The notes beneath the pieces were generated by a model, which searched no databases, was not told where the DNA came from, and saw only the letters and a list, made by a program, of their open reading frames with translations. Both the position numbers and the translations under genes were made by a program. Below are positions 60,501 through 64,000 of a stretch of DNA of 64,000 nt, piece by piece; position 1 is the stretch's first letter; each line of letters starts with the position of its first letter. Origin of the DNA: Tubulanus polymorphus (Eukaryota; Animalia; Nemertea); contig NC_134030.1 in assembly GCF_964204645.1 (NCBI RefSeq), positions 1,905,355 to 1,969,354 on the forward strand, in the 5' to 3' direction.

Positions 60501-63500
60501 GAAATTGTGTCGGACACACTGAGATTATTGCAGGGTCCCTACGACTCCTTGATTCTTTTAAAACGCCTAAACCAAAAATATTTTTCAAGGTCCTTGAATA
60601 TCCTTGAATTTTAGCAAAATGTCCATAAGTCCTTGAAAATTCCTTGAATTTTGAGAAATTGGCAATTAGGAAATTTCTAGGTTTAGGGTCTAGTTATTGT
60701 GCACAGATTCCATCGCATTGATTGGTTTACTAAGATAAACAGAACCGATTTAGAGGAGTCTACTGTAATTGGGATATGAACGTGATGCCGAAGCTTCCTC
60801 ACAGTTTGAAATTGTTATCTATGAAAACTCATTGAAAAGTTTTTGAATTCTGGAATGACTGATCTGTAGGAGCCCTGTATTGTCATAACGTATATCCTCG
60901 TTACAAAAGTCTGTGAATTCTGGAATGACTGAACTGCAGGAGCCCTGTATTGTCATAACGTATATCCTCGTTACAAAAGTCTTTGAATTCTGGAATGACT
61001 GATCCGTAGGAGCCCTGTATTGTCATAACGTATATCCTCGTTACAAAAGTCTTTGAATTCTGGAATGACTGATCCGTAGGAGCCCTGTATTGTCATAACG
61101 TATATCTTCTGTGAATTCTGGAATGACTGATCTGCAGGAACCCTGTATTGTCATAACGTATATCCTCGTTACAAAAGTCTGTGAATTCTGGAATGACTGA
61201 TCTATAGGAACCCTGTATTGTCATCATGTATATCCTCGTTACAAAAGTCTGTGAATTCTGAAATGACTGAACTGTAGGAGCCCTGTATTGTCATCATGTA
61301 TATCCTCGTTACAAAAGTCTGTGAATTCTGGAATGACTGATCTGTAGGAGCCCTGTATTGTCATAACGTATATCCTCGTTACAAAAGTCTTTGAATTCTG
61401 GAATGACTGATCTGTAGGAGCCCTGTATTGTCATAACGTATATCCTCGTTACAAAAGTCTCTGAATTCTGGAATGACTGATCTGCAGGAATCCTGTATTG
61501 TCATCATGTATATATCCTTGTTATATACATTATCTATTTGTAGCCGGAGAAAGCAATCGAAGCGTATGAAGCTGCTTTAAAGAAGAATCCTCGCGATTCG
61601 TCTCTCGCTAGTAAAATGGGTCAAGCGTTGTTTAAAACTCATAATTACGGAAAAGCCATCAACTATTACGAGGCCGCGTTAAAATCAGGCAATCAATCTC
61701 ACCTCAGGTCAGATAAATAAAATGAATAATCAGGCTTGATTTTGGCTGTATCCCAGTACTAGGGTGCTAGAACTTTTTGTTTGAATACTAAAAATTGGAA
61801 TAAAACTATCCCGGCAGGATTCAAGAAATGTCAGATTTCACCGTAAGAAGATGTTTAATCCAATTCTTTCTTGTGTTTTCTTAATTAGAAATTTAGATTA
61901 AAGGAGTAAACTGGGATATTAATCATTGATGCTGCATGATACCGACAATTTGTATCCTGAGAAAATACTCCCTAAAATTTGATGCCATAAATCAAGCCTC
62001 GGGCCGGGATTTTACAATTTAGACTCAAGAGCTGATTGTTTATTGATTGTATTTGTGTGTGTGATGTTTACAGATATGATCTCGCCGACCTGTTACTGAA
62101 ATTACGACAGTACGAAAAAGCTGAAAAAGTTCTCAAACAAGCAATTGAACAAGATGATTTAGGTACAAATCTATTCATGTTTACTGAAGCTGTGTCTTTT
62201 TAATCCAAATTTGTATTTCTAATTCAATTTACTAAGTCATCATTTGGATAAGTCGTCACATTACTGAAGTCATCTCTATTTTTAAGCCCTATTTTTGAGT
62301 CTCAATTTGTATTTCTAATTCAATTTACTAAGTGTAAGTCATCATTTGGATAAGTCGTCACATTACTGAAGTCATCTCTATTTTTAAGTCTCAATTTGTA
62401 TTTCTAATTCAATTTACTAAGTGTAAGTCATCATTTGGATAAGTCGTCACATTACTGAAGTCATCTCTATTTTTGAGTCTCAATTTGTATTGCTAATTCA
62501 ATTTACTAAGTGTAAATCATCAGCGTAATGATCTTGGTCACAACTACAATGATTTAACTGATTTAGACTGTGTAAACTGCCTCCCCCCACAGTCCCAGCT
62601 GTGTAAGATGTTTCCTATGATGACATTATTTTCCTTGTATGAGATAAGATCCCATTTCAGACGACACCTGCTGGTCTGTCTCAGATCGCGCGTGTTTTCT
62701 ATTTGGTCGAGATTATTAATGATATTTCTTACATCTCATTAGTTTAAGTCTGAGGAAAATCTAACATCTCAATAGATAAGAATCATAATAATGATTGCGA
62801 GTTGTTTCTTTGTTTCAATAATCGTTTTATTCGTTGATGAAACTTGTTTCTTTTTGCAATATTTTTGGGGTACATACCTTATTTAGGTCTTAACGTAACC
62901 CCTAGAATCGCAGAAGTGAGTTGAACCATCAAACTTAATGCAAGTTCCATACTTCTTTTACTCATGTTGAGAAAAGGGACTCGATTGAGTAAAATAGCAG
63001 TGATCGGCAGGGGTTGATAATGAGTTGTTTGTTTATTTTGTAGGCAGTGATCTTCAGGGTCTAATGCAGAAAACTCGATACTATGTGTTACTATCGAAGG
63101 TCTATCAGAAAGTTGGACGTGTGGATGAGGCGTTGACTAATCTGAATAAAGCGAGGGAAATGCAGTCCAGGTAGAATTTATTCACAGAAATGTAAACTGA
63201 AGGGAAGGCTGACTTCACAAAAATCTGCCTGTAATCTTCTGTTCAGCGTCCTCACCAGTTGCGATCAACAATAGATTTTCTAGACTGGTAACCGGCCTCT
63301 ATTTCTAATAAGCATTTTTCATGATTGGTTAAAGTCTTTCAACTTAACCAAGTCTTGAAAATGCAATCCTCAATCCTCGCTGAGAAAATATCATCGAAAG
63401 TATTGCTGAGAAAATCTATTGTTTATTGATAAAGGTGAGGTTGCTGATCAGAACACAAGATTAGTAGACGTGTCTAGTGGGTTTTTGAAGAGTCGGCATT

Positions 63501-63777
63501 CCCTTCTTCATTTTACATTTCTATGTATTCTTCAACTGATTATTCCAGGGTTTAAACCCCTCTTTCTTTCTCTCTCACACTGTTATTTCAATCTTCTATC
63601 GTGAACAGAGTTTTAAAGAGAGTTCAAACCGAACAGCCGGACGCGGTCTCCTCGCAGAAACAGCTCGCTGCTGACATCTGTTGTCAAGTATCGGAACACG
63701 CTGCATCTCACAGGGAATATGATAAAGCCATCAAATCATATAAAGAGGCTTTGACTTATATGGAAAATGACAGCAAG
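51547..63777 (+). CDS. TTC21B: Tetratricopeptide repeat protein 21B / IFT139 (IFT-A), partial; first 20 coding exons, gene continues past the right edge
   Basis: Exons, all GT-AG and phase-consistent: 51547-51573, 51962-52097, 52404-52514, 52667-52731, 53192-53290, 54249-54337, 55756-55953, 56272-56455, 57083-57275, 57566-57663, 57743-57850, 58172-58394, 59016-59294, 59715-59827, 60080-60318, 60394-60466, 61544-61707, 62074-62162, 63044-63170, 63609-63777. Motifs [63 protein letters not shown] and [14 protein letters not shown] match TTC21B as I recall it. Confidence 0.95.
53037..53180. repeat. 21-bp tandem repeat, ~7 copies, abutting the TTC21B exon 5 acceptor
   Basis: Unit AATCTGTTAAATATGATGGTT. 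Confidence 0.95.
53445..54155 (+). repeat. 89-bp satellite, ~8 copies; dispersed family (also 2540-2705 and 20788-20880)
   Basis: Unit ACTTACACTTAGTAAATTGAATTAGAAATAGAAATTGAGACTCAAAAATAGAGATGACTTCAGTAATGTGACGACTTATCCAAATGATG. Confidence 0.95.
54657..54922. mobile_element. piggyBac-type MITE, copy 2
   Basis: TTAA|CCCTTTCAGTGC...GCACTGAAAGGG|TTAA; internal sequence collinear with 6675-6962. Confidence 0.85.
55549..55712 (+). mobile_element. Single full monomer of the same retrozyme-like repeat, catalytic core mutated
   Basis: ATGAGGACAA..CAGTATTCCTGAAGATGACTATTAGGATAAAGT-AACAAT-GTTGAATAG..CTACACTAGC..GGAAACATTTC..AATGGTTAT; CGAAAC is replaced by AACAAT. Confidence 0.7.
55979..56260. repeat. 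26-bp minisatellite, ~11 copies, filling most of TTC21B intron 7
   Basis: Unit AATATTTGTTAAATTTGATGGATTGT. Confidence 0.95.
56500..56985. repeat. ~109-bp tandem repeat, ~4.5 copies; related fragment at 58468-58610
   Basis: CACTGAACACATGTGAAGTGTGGACGAT..GTGCTGATAAAATGTCT repeats with a period of ~109. Confidence 0.9.
57303..57530. repeat. 60-bp tandem repeat containing a pogo-like MITE end
   Basis: CTCTCAAGTCAAAAGATCAGACTTGAGCGGAGTCTACTGTATCATCCAACTCAGATATCA; the same end occurs at 14598-14619. Confidence 0.8.
58825..58953. mobile_element. Harbinger-like MITE, family C; relatives at ~26408-26540, 46010-46190, 59340-59655
   Basis: GGCCCAGTTTCACAAAAAAGTT ... AACTTTTTCGTGAAACTGGGCC. Confidence 0.7.
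60531..60878. mobile_element. MITE with CAGGG termini
   Basis: TATTG|CAGGGTCCCTACGA ... TGTAGGAGCCCTG|TATTG; internal TCCTTGAA sub-repeats; superfamily not assigned. Confidence 0.55.
60845..61522. repeat. 70-bp minisatellite, ~10 copies, spanning the right end of the MITE and its flank
   Basis: Unit GAATTCTGGAATGACTGATCTGTAGGAGCCCTGTATTGTCATAACGTATATCCTCGTTACAAAAGTCTGT. Confidence 0.95.
62207..62520 (-). repeat. 89-bp satellite family, ~3.5 copies in inverted orientation
   Basis: Reverse complement of the 53445 unit (CATTTGGATAAGTCGTCACATTACTGAAGTCATCTCTATTTTT). Confidence 0.93.
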
Positions 63778-64000
63778 GTAAAAACTGAATTATTCTATCA
63801 ACTAGAATTAGAGGGACAGGAGTCTTTCACCAACTCTTACTCGGTATTTCATACCACCTCTTGGTAGAAGTTTACCATTCCCTTGTCTCTTACTGCAGTA
63901 AAGTTTTGAGTCTCAAAACATAACCTCATGAAAAGACTGAGTCTGCTCCACATTAGATTTCTGTATGAACTAGAATTAGAGGGCCAACAGTCTTTCACAA

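Overview
AT-rich, intron-rich animal genomic DNA, probably from an invertebrate bilaterian (inference). It holds three spliced genes, which I reconstructed by hand from GT-AG sites and frame continuity. (1) The 5' part of capicua, long isoform (CIC-L), on the minus strand at 1-2332, running off the left edge. (2) A complete BAZ2B/toutatis-type ISWI-partner gene on the minus strand: 35 coding exons, 41152 to 7628, about 2506 aa, with MBD/TAM, DDT, WHIM, two PHD fingers and a bromodomain. (3) A divergently transcribed TTC21B/IFT139 gene on the plus strand, with 20 coding exons from 51547 running off the right edge. Introns are dense with MITEs, tRNA-derived SINEs and minisatellites. The most notable signal is a family of minimal type-I hammerhead ribozyme motifs carried on a ~160-170 nt retrozyme-like monomer. 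In one BAZ2B intron this has contracted to a 7 x 69-bp tandem array that is almost pure ribozyme. Two further, unrelated hammerhead-like motifs occur elsewhere in the window. Other points of interest are a pure (CAG)159 tract read as CUG in the BAZ2B pre-mRNA, a ~190-bp near-perfect intronic hairpin, inverted satellites bracketing TTC21B exons 6-18, three candidate in-frame microexons, a candidate poison exon and stacked uORFs in CIC. All gene names rest on recalled protein motifs, not database searches.
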